A stretch of 64,000 bases of DNA from a virus. Where the stretch lies: positions 1 to 64,000 of the IMG/VR virus record IMGVR_UViG_3300015371_000008; one strand, written 5' to 3'. The translations under genes and the position numbers were made by a program. The notes under the pieces were generated by a model. It saw nothing but the letters and a program-made list of their open reading frames with translations. It did no database searches and was not told where the DNA came from. Below, in pieces: positions 35,255 through 45,060 of this stretch; within the stretch, counting starts at the first letter, position 1, and every line of letters starts with the position of its first letter.

Positions 35255-35859
35255 CGTCCGTCCTCCTTGGTCATGCCGAGTGCGATGAACATGAAGGCGG
35301 TGACGAATCGGTCCTTTGCTCTCAACCTGGGCGACCTGGGCGAGCTGGGCACCTGACCCTTCTGGACCATTGCATGCGCGTCCAGCGCCCACTGCGGGAA
35401 GACGACGGGGCCCAGGCCGTGTTCGGCCCGAATCTCGTTGATCAGGTAGGTCGCCTGGACGTCCGTCCAGTCTCCTTCGAGTGCGAGCAGGAGACGCTTG
35501 CGGACAGCCATGCGGGCCTTCATGTCGGGCCGGGCCGCAGCCACCTGCGGATCGGGGATCGCATCGGCGTCGGGCATGGGCACGTCGTAGCGGAAGATGA
35601 GCCCGTTCATGAGGACGGCCAGGTGGTGCCCGAACGGGCCCGGTTCGAACGCGAACATCTTGGCGTAGTGCCATTCGTCGATAACGTCCTCGACGGCATG
35701 GCGCCCGGTCGCGATCTCGCCTCTGGCCGTGAAGCACATGCCATGGATGGTGCTGTCTCCGGCGACGGTGGCGGCGTTGCGCAGCGCGTCGGCGGCCTGC
35801 TCCCGTGTGATGCGGATGCTGATCATTTCACTCCTCAATGGGACTGGCGGTTCGGTCAC
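35251..35859 (-). CDS. hypothetical fusion of modules found in the two upstream genes
   Basis: Shares SIRITREQAA/PGPFG with 35856-36269 and NEIRAxHGLxPV with 36254-36592. Confidence 0.75.
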   Translation of the reverse strand: MTEPPVPLRSEMISIRITREQAADALRNAATVAGDSTIHGMCFTARGEIATGRHAVEDVIDEWHYAKMFAFEPGPFGHHLAVLMNGLIFRYDVPMPDADAIPDPQVAAARPDMKARMAVRKRLLLALEGDWTDVQATYLINEIRAEHGLGPVVFPQWALDAHAMVQKGQVPSSPRSPRLRAKDRFVTAFMFIALGMTKEDGR

Positions 35860-36269
35860 GGCCCCTCCAGTTCTTCGCGCTGGTTGACGTAGTGCACGAG
35901 GGCCTGGTAGGCGTCCTCGGCACGGGAGGAGACGCCGCCGTTTTCGTTCTCCAGCAGTTCGAAGATGAGGTCGGCGTACTCGGCCAGGAACGCCTCAGCG
36001 GGCGTCTGGTCGGGCATGGGCACGTCGAAGTGGAAGACGGTGAGTCCGAGCAGCATGGACAGGTCGTAGCCGAACGGTCCCGGCTGGTAAGCGAGGAGGG
36101 TGGCGTGTTCGAGCTGGACCATCAGCACGTGGATGGCCGTCTCCTCCGAGACGAGCGCGCCGCTGGAACTGTGCCACAACACTTTGACCGTGCCGTCCTT
36201 GGCGGCGGCGCGCAGTGCGGCGGCGGCCTGCTCGCGGGTGATGCGGATGCTGGTCATGTATTTCTCCAT
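35856..36269 (-). CDS. hypothetical protein
   Basis: Paralogous to N-terminus of downstream gene. Confidence 0.75.
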   Translation of the reverse strand: MEKYMTSIRITREQAAAALRAAAKDGTVKVLWHSSSGALVSEETAIHVLMVQLEHATLLAYQPGPFGYDLSMLLGLTVFHFDVPMPDQTPAEAFLAEYADLIFELLENENGGVSSRAEDAYQALVHYVNQREELEGP

Positions 36270-36592
36270 TCCGGCATTCCCAGGGCCAGGAAGGCGCTGC
36301 GCAGGGCGTATTTGGCGGCGTAGTCGGAGTGGCCGCTTGCCGACGCTTCGATTTCGCGGATGAGGTCGATGCCGACCGGTTCCAGGCCGTGTCCGGCACG
36401 GATCTCGTTGACCAAGGCGTGCATCTGTTCCGCTTCCCAGGCGACCCAGGCGAGTTCCTGTCCGCCGTCGGGGGCGGCCACCAGGTCTTCCCGCTCGTGC
36501 CGCTGTTGGGTGATGCGGAGGAGTAGCTGCCAGAAGCGGTCGCGTGTCTGCATGCGTTCACGGATGGGGACGGTAGGCCCCGGGTTCGTCAT
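36254..36592 (-). CDS. hypothetical protein
   Basis: AGGAGG SD. Confidence 0.75.
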   Translation of the reverse strand: MTNPGPTVPIRERMQTRDRFWQLLLRITQQRHEREDLVAAPDGGQELAWVAWEAEQMHALVNEIRAGHGLEPVGIDLIREIEASASGHSDYAAKYALRSAFLALGMPEWRNT

Positions 36593-36663
36593 GCTGGACC
36601 TCCTGTAAGTCGGGCGGCCACCCTCGGGGGATCCGGGGTGGCCGCTGAATTCGACGGGTCGAT

Positions 36664-36834
36664 CTACTTGTAGAAGCTGTCCGGGTCGTTGTAGATCTTC
36701 TTGAAGTCGGCGCTCGCCTTGTCGTGCTCCGGGCTGCCGAGCGGGGTTGATGTCAGCCGGTCCACGACCTTCTTGGTCTTGGATACGAGCGACTTCTTCA
36801 GTTCGCCGGGCTTCGGCTGGTCGGACTTCGCCAT
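36664..36834 (-). CDS. small hypothetical protein
   Basis: AAGGAG SD. Confidence 0.65.
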   Translation of the reverse strand: MAKSDQPKPGELKKSLVSKTKKVVDRLTSTPLGSPEHDKASADFKKIYNDPDSFYK

Positions 36835-36935
36835 GTTGATCTCCTTGTGCTGATGATGTTGCACGTGATGTTGCACGCCCCGGAGGGGCCAACAACATCG
36901 CTTCCTCCTGGTTGGGTCGCTCCCCAACACCACTC

Positions 36936-36964
36936 AATGTACAGGCGTTTAGCGTCTGCGGCTA
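36936..36964 (-). promoter_or_regulatory. class I promoter
   Basis: TAGCCG-17-TACATT, box CGCTAAACG. Confidence 0.65.
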
Positions 36965-37309
36965 GTGGTTGCCCTCAGTCTTTGCGGACACCCGCGCGTA
37001 GGTCTCCCCGCCAAACTCCTCCCGCAGTGCGGTAAGCGTCCGGTCGGCGTCTTTTACCCAGCGGTCGGCGTTGCGGGCGGCGTCCCGGCGTTCACGGCGA
37101 ACCGCGTCGCCGTCCCATTGCGCGTTGATGAGGGCGTTCAGGGTTACGCACAGGGCGTCCGCGACCGCCTTGCCGTGCCTGAGGTCGGACAGGGGGTCTG
37201 AGATGTCGTTCTCCAGGATGCTGCTCAGCCACGGGGCCAGGTCGTGCAGCTCTTCGCCGGTCAGGCGGAAGGTCACGCCGGACAGTTTGTAGTCGGGAAT
37301 GACGTCCAT
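36962..37309 (-). CDS. hypothetical protein
   Basis: AAGGAG SD. Confidence 0.7.
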   Translation of the reverse strand: MDVIPDYKLSGVTFRLTGEELHDLAPWLSSILENDISDPLSDLRHGKAVADALCVTLNALINAQWDGDAVRRERRDAARNADRWVKDADRTLTALREEFGGETYARVSAKTEGNH

Positions 37310-37311
37310 GA

Positions 37312-37578
37312 TCAGATGAACTCCTTTCGGGGATCGTTTTCCACCCAGTCCTCCAGATCCAGTAGCACCTGGTTGGCCAGCTCGCGGCGGTCGTATGTGC
37401 TGCCGTCGAACTCGACGGTGGCGGCGGTGTCGCGCCACCGCTCCATCTCGTCGGCCAGCATTTCCAGGAGGTACAAGCCGTACTCGCCGAGCAGGATGTC
37501 AGCGTTGATCGCACGCTGTAGGCCCGCTTCGAAGTACTTCTGCTGCCGCTCCTGCTTGCTCAGCTCCGGGCTACTCAT
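37312..37578 (-). CDS. hypothetical protein
   Basis: ORF track. Confidence 0.7.
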   Translation of the reverse strand: MSSPELSKQERQQKYFEAGLQRAINADILLGEYGLYLLEMLADEMERWRDTAATVEFDGSTYDRRELANQVLLDLEDWVENDPRKEFI

Positions 37579-37783
37579 CCTCGGCTACCCCCCAGGAACG
37601 CTCGGACATTCCGTCACTGAAGATCCAGGCGGCCATCAGCCGGTCGGCGATCTCGTTCTGCTCAGCGAGGGACAACGCGCCCCATGCCTGCGGGGTTAGG
37701 CAGGTGTCCGCCTCGTGGTCGAAGTTGAAGGGCATGCCGCTCAGCGTGAACGACATGGACAGCCGGACGGTTGGGGTGTTCAT
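37571..37783 (-). CDS. hypothetical protein
   Basis: AAGGAG SD. Confidence 0.65.
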   Translation of the reverse strand: MNTPTVRLSMSFTLSGMPFNFDHEADTCLTPQAWGALSLAEQNEIADRLMAAWIFSDGMSERSWGVAEDE

Positions 37784-37793
37784 GTCGATCTCC

Positions 37794-37961
37794 TTAGGAC
37801 TTGCCCAGCTTCTTGTCGGCCCTGGCCTTGACATTCCGGGCCGTCCTGGTCGCCGACTGAAGGTCGGCGTTGTCGCTCTTGCCGTGCTTGGTGATGAGGT
37901 CGTCGCAGGCGGCGGACAGCTTCTCCAGGTCCACACGCTGCTGGTCTGTGATCTTCTTCAT
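37794..37961 (-). CDS. small hypothetical protein
   Basis: MKKITDQQRVDLEKL; below ORF track cutoff. Confidence 0.55.
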   Translation of the reverse strand: MKKITDQQRVDLEKLSAACDDLITKHGKSDNADLQSATRTARNVKARADKKLGKS

Positions 37962-38026
37962 GGTGGATGCTCGCTTTCTCGGGTTCTCCTGGCGTCGGGT
38001 CGCTCAACCGACGCGTTCCTACGGGT

Positions 38027-38260
38027 TTATGCCGCCCTGGCTTCGCCCTGGGCGACCGTCGTGCCCTCCACGGGCTGTGAGTGGTCGCTGACGGCCCAGT
38101 TGTGCCAGCGGTGCGGAAGAGTCTCAACGACGCTCCAGGCGGCACCCTGGAGCCGGGCAGCTTCGCTGCGGGCGTGCTGTTCGGCGTCGGCCTTCGTGGT
38201 GAAGCCGCCGCGCGTTTTGGCCAGGGTGCCGTCGGCGTAGAAGGCGTGCGCGATGAACAT
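38027..38260 (-). CDS. hypothetical protein
   Basis: GGFTTKADAE motif also present in 8056-8397. Confidence 0.6.
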   Translation of the reverse strand: MFIAHAFYADGTLAKTRGGFTTKADAEQHARSEAARLQGAAWSVVETLPHRWHNWAVSDHSQPVEGTTVAQGEARAA

Positions 38261-38865
38261 CACCGCTCCGCCCGGTAGTAGCCGTCGGCAGTGGGCCGCA
38301 TCCGTGACAGCTTGACCCGGATGGACCGACCGATGTGACTGACCGCCCACGGGTAGGGCTGCTCGCAGCGGTGACGCAGCGCGTCGGTGTTGCAGTCGAG
38401 CATTCGGCGCGTCTCGTCCGTGTCAGTCAGCACCACGCCGTAGGCGTAGCCGTCGGTGATGGCGGTGATGCGGAAGGTCCGGCCGCGCGTCAGAACGCCG
38501 TAGTTGGCCCACACATCGCCCACAACCACCGGGGCGCCCACGATTCGGCCGCGCGGGTCACGCTTCGGCGTCGGCGGCAGCGACCGCTGCCATTGCTCGA
38601 CCGCCGCAGCCAGATCGGCGGCCTCGTCGCCGGTCGGCATGGACAGGTGACGCAGCAGTTCATACAGGTCGTCGTAGGTCTCGTTGACGCCGGGGCCAGC
38701 CACGATGGCGCGGCTGAACCCGGCGCTGGTGTAGAACACCTCGATGGTGAGGCCGTCGATGGTGGCGGCCAGGTAGTCGTCGCCGTCCGGGCTGGGCAGC
38801 AGCACCGTGGCGGCGCCGTGCGCCTCCAGGTGCGCGCCCAGCTCGGCGGAGGTCATCGTCGTCAT
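38260..38865 (-). CDS. hypothetical protein
   Basis: MTTMTSAEL start; GC3 bias. Confidence 0.7.
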   Translation of the reverse strand: MTTMTSAELGAHLEAHGAATVLLPSPDGDDYLAATIDGLTIEVFYTSAGFSRAIVAGPGVNETYDDLYELLRHLSMPTGDEAADLAAAVEQWQRSLPPTPKRDPRGRIVGAPVVVGDVWANYGVLTRGRTFRITAITDGYAYGVVLTDTDETRRMLDCNTDALRHRCEQPYPWAVSHIGRSIRVKLSRMRPTADGYYRAER

Positions 38866-38873
38866 GGCCGGGC

Positions 38874-39194
38874 TCAGTTCCGGTGTCCGCCGCGCCGGTG
38901 ACCGGTCCGCAGGGCGTTGGCCAGCTCCTTCAGCGTGGTCGCGCTGCCCAGTTCGCATTCGGTGGCCACGCAGCCGTCGCGCATGAACCGGCCGTCGATC
39001 TCGTCGAATGCGGCGGTGACCATGCGGTCGCAGCGCTCTCCGAGGTAGGCGTGGACGTACTTGACGCCGTCCTCGTATTCGATCTCCGTTCGGGCGCCCT
39101 GCTTGGCGCACCAGTCGGCGAACATGCGCGGGATGGCGGAGTAGTCGTCGGGCAACGTCCGATCGATGATCGGGTGGGGCGGGTTGGTCAGCAT
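38874..39194 (-). CDS. hypothetical protein
   Basis: AGGAGG SD plus class I leader. Confidence 0.7.
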   Translation of the reverse strand: MLTNPPHPIIDRTLPDDYSAIPRMFADWCAKQGARTEIEYEDGVKYVHAYLGERCDRMVTAAFDEIDGRFMRDGCVATECELGSATTLKELANALRTGHRRGGHRN

Positions 39195-39237
39195 GGGTTC
39201 CTCCTGTGGGTGTCGGGTCGCTCTCCAACACCCTTCC

Positions 39238-39266
39238 AACGTACACCCATTTAGCATCTACGTCCA
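39238..39266 (-). promoter_or_regulatory. class I promoter
   Basis: TGGACG-17-TACGTT; second box at 39282-39290. Confidence 0.7.
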
Positions 39267-39291
39267 GCGTGGGCGGACAGCCATTTAGCCC

Positions 39292-39879
39292 CTACTCGTC
39301 GCCGTCAAACCCCTGCTCCACCACATCACCCTCCACGACACCGGAGGCGCCCCCGTCGATCGCTGCCAGCTCAGCGTGCAACCGCTGCGCCAACTCCCCG
39401 ATAGACGCTGAATGCTCCACCTGGATCGCGCCACCGCCCGGCCCGGACACCTCCGTAGGCTGCCGCCCCCAGCCGCGATCCCAGAACCGGCGAGCCAGGA
39501 TCTCCAGACCGACCCGGCCATCCGCCGGGGCCGTCTGCTCCTCCTCCTCCACCGTCCCGTCAGGCTTCCGCCGTGTGACGCGCTTAACGACGTAACCGCC
39601 CATTGCTGCTTTCATCACCGATCCGGCGACAACCCGCACTTCAAGCTCATCACGCGCCCGATAAAGATCCTGAAGGAACTGAACCTTCCAACTTGGGGCG
39701 TTGGGTTCTTCGGCTTCGTTGATCCAGTTGTAGAGGGTGCGTTCGCTGATGCCTGCGGCTCCGGCGGCGGCGTTGAAGGTGGCGCCTGCTCGGACGGCGT
39801 TGACGATGCGGTCGTGGATTTCGGGGGTGAGTTTGGAGCGTCGGCCGCCTGTGCGGCGTCGTGTGGGTGCGGTGTCCAT
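39292..39879 (-). CDS. terminase small subunit-like HTH protein
   Basis: GRRSKLTPE...AAGAAGISERTLYNW...EVSGPGGGAIQVEH. Confidence 0.75.
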   Translation of the reverse strand: MDTAPTRRRTGGRRSKLTPEIHDRIVNAVRAGATFNAAAGAAGISERTLYNWINEAEEPNAPSWKVQFLQDLYRARDELEVRVVAGSVMKAAMGGYVVKRVTRRKPDGTVEEEEQTAPADGRVGLEILARRFWDRGWGRQPTEVSGPGGGAIQVEHSASIGELAQRLHAELAAIDGGASGVVEGDVVEQGFDGDE

Positions 39880-39889
39880 AGTGGGGTCT

Positions 39890-39920
39890 ACGGTGACCGG
39901 GGGCTGGTGTTTGTGTCGCG
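39890..39920 (-). promoter_or_regulatory. class II (putative late) promoter
   Basis: CGCGAC-N19-CACCGT-N10-ATG. Confidence 0.75.
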
Positions 39921-39987
39921 TGGTGGCGTACAGGAACGCCCCCGGGTCCTGTGTGGGGCGCCGGGGGCGTTGCTGGTGTGGGGGGGG

Positions 39988-40416
39988 TCAGGCGTCGTCG
40001 TCCTCGTTGTGCTGTTCGAGGAAGGTGGTGTAGGCGCACGCCTCCTTCCAGCGTTCGGCGGCTTCGATGTCGCCGACCATGCATTTCAGCAGTAGGTAGA
40101 GGTCGGGGAAGGCGTCTTCACCGGATGCGTCGTCGCTGGGGTCCAGGAGGGCGAAGGTGATCTCCCCGATGGAGGTGGGGATGGTGTCGGGGTTGATGTG
40201 CTCCTGGCTTGGGTCGTGCGGGCTCATCTCCCATGTGGTGCCGGTCGGCATGGCGGTGCTCTGGCGTGACCAGTTCAAGTAGGTGATCCACCGTTCGGCT
40301 TGGTGGCGGAACGGAATGGGGCCGTAGCGCAGGGTGTCACGGCCGGGCCTGGTGATGACGACATCCGTCATAGGGTCGCCGGTGTGTGGGTTGATAGCGC
40401 GCGGGTCGTGGCTCAT
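39988..40416 (-). CDS. hypothetical protein
   Basis: AAGGAG SD. Confidence 0.7.
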   Translation of the reverse strand: MSHDPRAINPHTGDPMTDVVITRPGRDTLRYGPIPFRHQAERWITYLNWSRQSTAMPTGTTWEMSPHDPSQEHINPDTIPTSIGEITFALLDPSDDASGEDAFPDLYLLLKCMVGDIEAAERWKEACAYTTFLEQHNEDDDA

Positions 40417-40614
40417 GACTGCTCCTTGATGGCGGCGCGGCGGCGGTCGCTGCGGGTGCGCAGGCGTTTGGTTCCGCGTGCGTGGCGTCCTGCTGCGTTG
40501 CTGGTGCGGAGTCCGGCCAGGCGGGCGCCGGTTGCGGTGGGGGCGGTGCGCTTCATGGCCGGTCTTCCTTTCGTGGGGCCGCCCATCCGGAGCGGATGGG
40601 CGGCGGTGGTGCGG

Positions 40615-41229
40615 TCAGGCGAGAGAGAGTCCGTCTTCGGTGGACACTCCGCCGTAGAAGCGTCTGTCGAAGTAGTCGATCTGCGGCTCGCTGCCGTCGT
40701 GGTTGTAGGCGTTGGAGACGGCCTTCAGTTCTTTGGCCAGGGCGCGGAGGGCGTCAGTGGGCATGGCGCGCTCGTGGCCCCAGTCGTCGGTGACGGTGGT
40801 GAATCCCCACAGGTCGGGGATGTTCTTGACCGTGATTTCGATGCTTCCGCCGCCGCTGTAGTAGGAGGTGCGGACACTGAAGGTGATCTGGTCGGGGGCG
40901 TCGCCGATGGGGTCGATGACGGCGATGTCGCCGGGGACGGCCGGGGTTGTCTTGGCCAGTTTGCGGGCCAGGGCGAGGTCGGCGCGGATCATTTTGGCGA
41001 TCTCGGTGAGGGTCTTGCCGGTGGTGAGGTGGTACTTGTCGCCGTACCAGCGGTTGTAGAGGTTCCAGCCGCTTTCGCCGCCGTCGGTCTTGGCCTGGCC
41101 GTTGAGGAGGCGGGCGAGGGCGCGGGCGGCGTTGCTGCGTTCGCCGTCGCCGGTGGTCTTGCGCTCGATGATGGCGCGCAGGGTGGCGATGCGGCGTTCG
41201 CGGCGGTCGGCCTTGGTGGTGGTGCTCAT
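40615..41229 (-). CDS. LPD29-like polyvalent-protein domain protein
   Basis: EIAKMIRADL...FSVRTSYYSGGGSI...DYFD. Confidence 0.65.
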   Translation of the reverse strand: MSTTTKADRRERRIATLRAIIERKTTGDGERSNAARALARLLNGQAKTDGGESGWNLYNRWYGDKYHLTTGKTLTEIAKMIRADLALARKLAKTTPAVPGDIAVIDPIGDAPDQITFSVRTSYYSGGGSIEITVKNIPDLWGFTTVTDDWGHERAMPTDALRALAKELKAVSNAYNHDGSEPQIDYFDRRFYGGVSTEDGLSLA

Positions 41230-41267
41230 GTTCTGCTCCTGTACGTTGGTCGCTCTCCAACACCACC

Positions 41268-41297
41268 AACGTACAGTCATTTAGCGTCTCAGGTCAA
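41268..41297 (-). promoter_or_regulatory. class I promoter
   Basis: TTGACC-18-TACGTT with CGCTAAATG. Confidence 0.8.
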
Positions 41298-42010
41298 GGG
41301 GTTGGGGGGCGCAGCATCTTCGCGAACTCTGTCACCTGCTCATCCATCAGCGTGATCGTCAACAGCCGCCGATCGTTGATGTGCCGCATGCGCACGGACA
41401 CGACGAAGTCCAACGGTGCGTTCATCGCGGTGAAGAAGTCGGTGATGGTGTCGTAGTCGGCGCCGAACTTCTCCCGCACCTCCGCCTCTTCTGCCTCCCG
41501 GGCCTTCCTCGCTTCCGCGATCTCCGCCTTCGTCTTCGCGTCCTGCTCTGCCACGAGCGCCTGGTAGGCATCCGGCAGGATGACCCACAGTGCGCGGGCG
41601 TTCGGCTGGTGATACACAGCGCCGTACTTGCTCACCAGGAAGCCGAAGGTGTCCACAGTGAACCGCAGCGTCTGGTCGGACTCCCACTGGAAGTCGTAGC
41701 GGTCGGCGTCCGGTGCGTCCGGCGGCAGCGGCACCATCTGGTCCGTCAGGCTGCCGTCGATCTCGCTGCGCCAGATCATCACCTGCCCCGCTTTGCAGGC
41801 CGCCCTCAGCCACTCCAACGCCTTGTCCTGGTGGGTGTGCAGCGCGGACGCCAGGTAGCGGACGACATACTCCTGCCGGACGAACTCCGCTTCGCTGCCG
41901 TCGTCTGCTCTGATGCGGTGCGCGGGCCAGCCGTGCATGCCGTTCTTCGACGGCATCTCCCGCAGTGCGGCGGCCACCTCTTCGGGGGTCGCAGGGACAC
42001 GCTTAGCCAT
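41294..42010 (-). CDS. hypothetical protein
   Basis: AGGAG SD. Confidence 0.75.
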   Translation of the reverse strand: MAKRVPATPEEVAAALREMPSKNGMHGWPAHRIRADDGSEAEFVRQEYVVRYLASALHTHQDKALEWLRAACKAGQVMIWRSEIDGSLTDQMVPLPPDAPDADRYDFQWESDQTLRFTVDTFGFLVSKYGAVYHQPNARALWVILPDAYQALVAEQDAKTKAEIAEARKAREAEEAEVREKFGADYDTITDFFTAMNAPLDFVVSVRMRHINDRRLLTITLMDEQVTEFAKMLRPPTP

Positions 42011-42296
42011 GGTCTTCTCCTGTCGCGCATTCGGGTGCGGTGGTGTGGAGTTCGCCGCAGGGGCACATGTGCAGGCCAGCCGCAGCCGCTTCTGTCGCCA
42101 TCCGGTCCATCACGGCGGGATAGTGGCCCATGCGGTTTTGCGTCTTCAGTTCGAGCTTCAGCAGTCTGCACGTGTTGTCGTGGTTGAATCCGAACTCCTC
42201 GCGGATCACCTGCCATTTGCCGAGCATTGGCCGGTCCGCGTCGTAGGCGGCCACCAGTTCCTCCAGAACCCTGGCGAGGTCTTCTCCGGCGCTCAT
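42003..42296 (-). CDS. hypothetical protein
   Basis: ATGA overlap. Confidence 0.65.
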   Translation of the reverse strand: MSAGEDLARVLEELVAAYDADRPMLGKWQVIREEFGFNHDNTCRLLKLELKTQNRMGHYPAVMDRMATEAAAAGLHMCPCGELHTTAPECATGEDHG

Positions 42297-42763
42297 CCCA
42301 GAACCTCCTTCAGGGCTTCGACTGCGGGAACCAAGGTGATGGTCCCATCGGGGTTGTGCGCGGCCACCATCCGGTCGGGCCGGTCCGGGAACGTGTGGAT
42401 GTCGCCCCACCGGGAGGCGGGGATGCGACCGGGCAGGACATACCAGTGGACGGCCGCCTCCATGCCGCCGCCGTGGTGGATCAGGCTGTCACGGACATCG
42501 CGGCGCATCTTCGACAGGGCGGGCGGCCAGTCGAGCCAGCGGATCGCGGGCACGTTCACGGTGATCCGTACTTGCTTCTTGTCGTACAGCGACCCTTCCA
42601 TGCCGTGGGAGACGTCGCCCAGGTCGGGCAGGTCTGTCAGCCACACCACCTGCGGTCCGGCGTTCGGGACGGTGCGGGAGAAGTTCGACTCGGTCGGCCG
42701 GATCACCCCGTCTGCCTGGATCTTCGGCAGGTGGTACAGGCTGGTGAAGTGGTAGAGGGTCAC
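42293..42763 (-). CDS. putative ADP-ribosyltransferase-fold protein
   Basis: LYHFTS...KIQADGVIRP...VVWLT. Confidence 0.55.
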   Translation of the reverse strand: MTLYHFTSLYHLPKIQADGVIRPTESNFSRTVPNAGPQVVWLTDLPDLGDVSHGMEGSLYDKKQVRITVNVPAIRWLDWPPALSKMRRDVRDSLIHHGGGMEAAVHWYVLPGRIPASRWGDIHTFPDRPDRMVAAHNPDGTITLVPAVEALKEVLG

Positions 42764-43152
42764 GACGCACCATCCTTCCCGCCCGAACCGGGCAGCAGGA
42801 CGCCCAGGGGGGCCCTACGGCGCTCCGCACGGGTGCGGGCGGCCCCGACAGCACGGGCGGCGTCAGCGCGGCGCAGCGACTCGTACCGGTCCGGGCGAGC
42901 CACCCCGGCGTTGTCCACCCTGCGAGACAGGATGTGCAGGTAGGCGACCTCCGATTCGATCGTGACGGCTACCCGCCACGACAATTCGGCCCGGCCCGCC
43001 GGATCCGGCGCCGTCGCAGGGTCGGGGCGGGGGGAGGCGAACTCCCACGCGATGCACTCCTCCAGCCACGCGGCGTGCGCGGGCCGGTCGGCGGTCGCTT
43101 CGCGAAGCGCGGCAAGCCGCTCCTGGACGATCTCTTGATTTCTGTCGTTCAA
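42760..43152 (-). CDS. hypothetical protein
   Basis: TTGA overlap start. Confidence 0.55.
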   Translation of the reverse strand: MNDRNQEIVQERLAALREATADRPAHAAWLEECIAWEFASPRPDPATAPDPAGRAELSWRVAVTIESEVAYLHILSRRVDNAGVARPDRYESLRRADAARAVGAARTRAERRRAPLGVLLPGSGGKDGAS

Positions 43153-43997
43153 CGGATCTTCCCTGTCTCGGGGCAGATGGAGTCGAGGCGGTGCTGCTGA
43201 CCGGTGAAGCGGGTGATGGTGGCGCGGCGGCCGAAGTTGTTGACGTGGACCACGTCGTAGGTCTCCAACGTCCCGGACACGGCGCCCTGCTGCCGCCATG
43301 TGGTCACGAGGTCGCGGGCTGACGCTTCGGTCAGGCCGAACTGTGCTGCGGTGCTGCCCCGGTCGGATTCCCAGCGCAGTTCGTAGGCAAGGTGATGCTC
43401 ATGCCCCTCAGGAACGTAGGCGACCGGCTTCCGGTAAGGATACGGAGCGCCGACGGCCGGGACCGGCTTACCGTCCACCTCGTACGGCATGACGCCGAAC
43501 GAGCGGACCCAGCCGACCACCGGGTGATCAGGCAGGTACAGGAAGGTTCCGGTGACGACGCGCCTGGCGTGGTCGATCTTCACGTCCTTCGCGCGCAGCG
43601 CTTCCGCCGACATCGCAATGTCGCGCAGGCGCCGGTCGATCTCTTCCTGCGGCATGTCCCGGGACGGGGTGACGGTGTCGCGGGTGCCCATCATGAACGA
43701 GCCTGCGATCTTGTATTCGGCGTGCCGGAAGTTGGCGGTCGCCTCGAATGCGAAACGGTTCTCCGCCCCGTACGGCATCCACGGGTAGACGCTGACGTCA
43801 GGGTCGGTCCAGTAGGCGACGCCGCCACCCGTGCACGGCACGTACCTGTGCGGCAGCATCTCTGTCAGCTTCACCGACGGGGAACACGTGCGGGTCATCT
43901 CCCGCAGGTGGTGACCGAGGACGAAGGTGCAGGTGTCGTGGGCGTCGGCGATCTCCTGCATCGACACCGGCCTCTTGTCCAAGCTGTAGTGGCTCAT
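43149..43997 (-). CDS. hypothetical protein
   Basis: ATGA overlap; GC3 bias. Confidence 0.75.
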   Translation of the reverse strand: MSHYSLDKRPVSMQEIADAHDTCTFVLGHHLREMTRTCSPSVKLTEMLPHRYVPCTGGGVAYWTDPDVSVYPWMPYGAENRFAFEATANFRHAEYKIAGSFMMGTRDTVTPSRDMPQEEIDRRLRDIAMSAEALRAKDVKIDHARRVVTGTFLYLPDHPVVGWVRSFGVMPYEVDGKPVPAVGAPYPYRKPVAYVPEGHEHHLAYELRWESDRGSTAAQFGLTEASARDLVTTWRQQGAVSGTLETYDVVHVNNFGRRATITRFTGQQHRLDSICPETGKIR

Positions 43998-44305
43998 GAC
44001 GCCGCCTGTCGCAGGGCTGCCGCACGCTGGTCGATCAAGTACAGCAGGGTCTCGAACATGTCGAGGGTCATGGTCACGGCCGTCACCTCAAGTTTCGGGA
44101 GGCCGTCCGGGCGCGGACCGTACAGGTAGTCGATCAGGGAGGCGAACATGGCGCCGGTCAGGGTCAGCCCGGTCACGGTGCCGTCGATGCCGCGCTTCAG
44201 CTCGATCGGCTCGAACATGATGCGGGACGCGATTCTGCCGTTTACCGCGTACTGGCCGAACTCGTCGATCAGCTTGGCGGCACGTTCCTCGGTGGTGGTG
44301 TTCAT
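43994..44305 (-). CDS. hypothetical protein
   Basis: GAGGAG SD. Confidence 0.7.
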   Translation of the reverse strand: MNTTTEERAAKLIDEFGQYAVNGRIASRIMFEPIELKRGIDGTVTGLTLTGAMFASLIDYLYGPRPDGLPKLEVTAVTMTLDMFETLLYLIDQRAAALRQAAS

Positions 44306-44430
44306 GGTCAGCTCCTCGTGAAGTAGTCGGCGACGGCGGTACGAACGGAGCGCATCGCCTGGTGCTTGTAGCGTCACCGTCAAGGCGCAGGAAACGCCCC
44401 CGGACCACGAGATCCGAGGGCGCAGGCCGG

Positions 44431-44994
44431 TCAGCCGCACTGCATGAAGTGGACCTGCTCCAGGCCCTCCTCCAGCGGCCACAGGAAGCGGGCGCTGGCC
44501 GGGTCGTCCAGGGTGGCCGTCGGCTCGTCCCAGTCCTGGGACGGGTTGACGTACAGCCAGCCGTTCCGGGGGAGGGAGATGGTCCAGGCGTTGTCGGCGT
44601 GCTTCTCCATCACGATGTCGTCGTGCTGGCCGTCGCCGCCGTAGAACTTGCAGTCGCCGTGGCAGAGCTGGGCGGGGAAGTCGAACCGGGTCACCTTGTC
44701 GATGTGTCGGATGGCCGGATGGCTGAGGACAGAGTCGGCGAAGTTCACGTAGAACGCGGACGCGTACGGCTTCGCCGCCTCCTTGGCCTCGTCCATGGTG
44801 ATGTGGAAGCTTTCGGCCTTCGAGGTGTCGAACATCTGCTTGGGCAGGTTGACCTTCAGTCGATAGCCGAACTGGAGGACGCGGTCGATCTCGAAGGCGG
44901 CGAAGGCGCCGCCGACGCTACCGGTGGCGTTGTGCCGATCGTGGTTGTAGTGGGTCCAGTGGATGTCAACGTTCAGGGCGTTCGTGTCGGCCAT
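44431..44994 (-). CDS. hypothetical protein
   Basis: AGGAG SD plus class I leader. Confidence 0.75.
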   Translation of the reverse strand: MADTNALNVDIHWTHYNHDRHNATGSVGGAFAAFEIDRVLQFGYRLKVNLPKQMFDTSKAESFHITMDEAKEAAKPYASAFYVNFADSVLSHPAIRHIDKVTRFDFPAQLCHGDCKFYGGDGQHDDIVMEKHADNAWTISLPRNGWLYVNPSQDWDEPTATLDDPASARFLWPLEEGLEQVHFMQCG

Positions 44995-45060
44995 GCCTAC
45001 TCCTGGGTTCGGGTCGCTCTCAACCCCTTCAGTGTACATCCATTTAGCGTCTTTGGGGGG

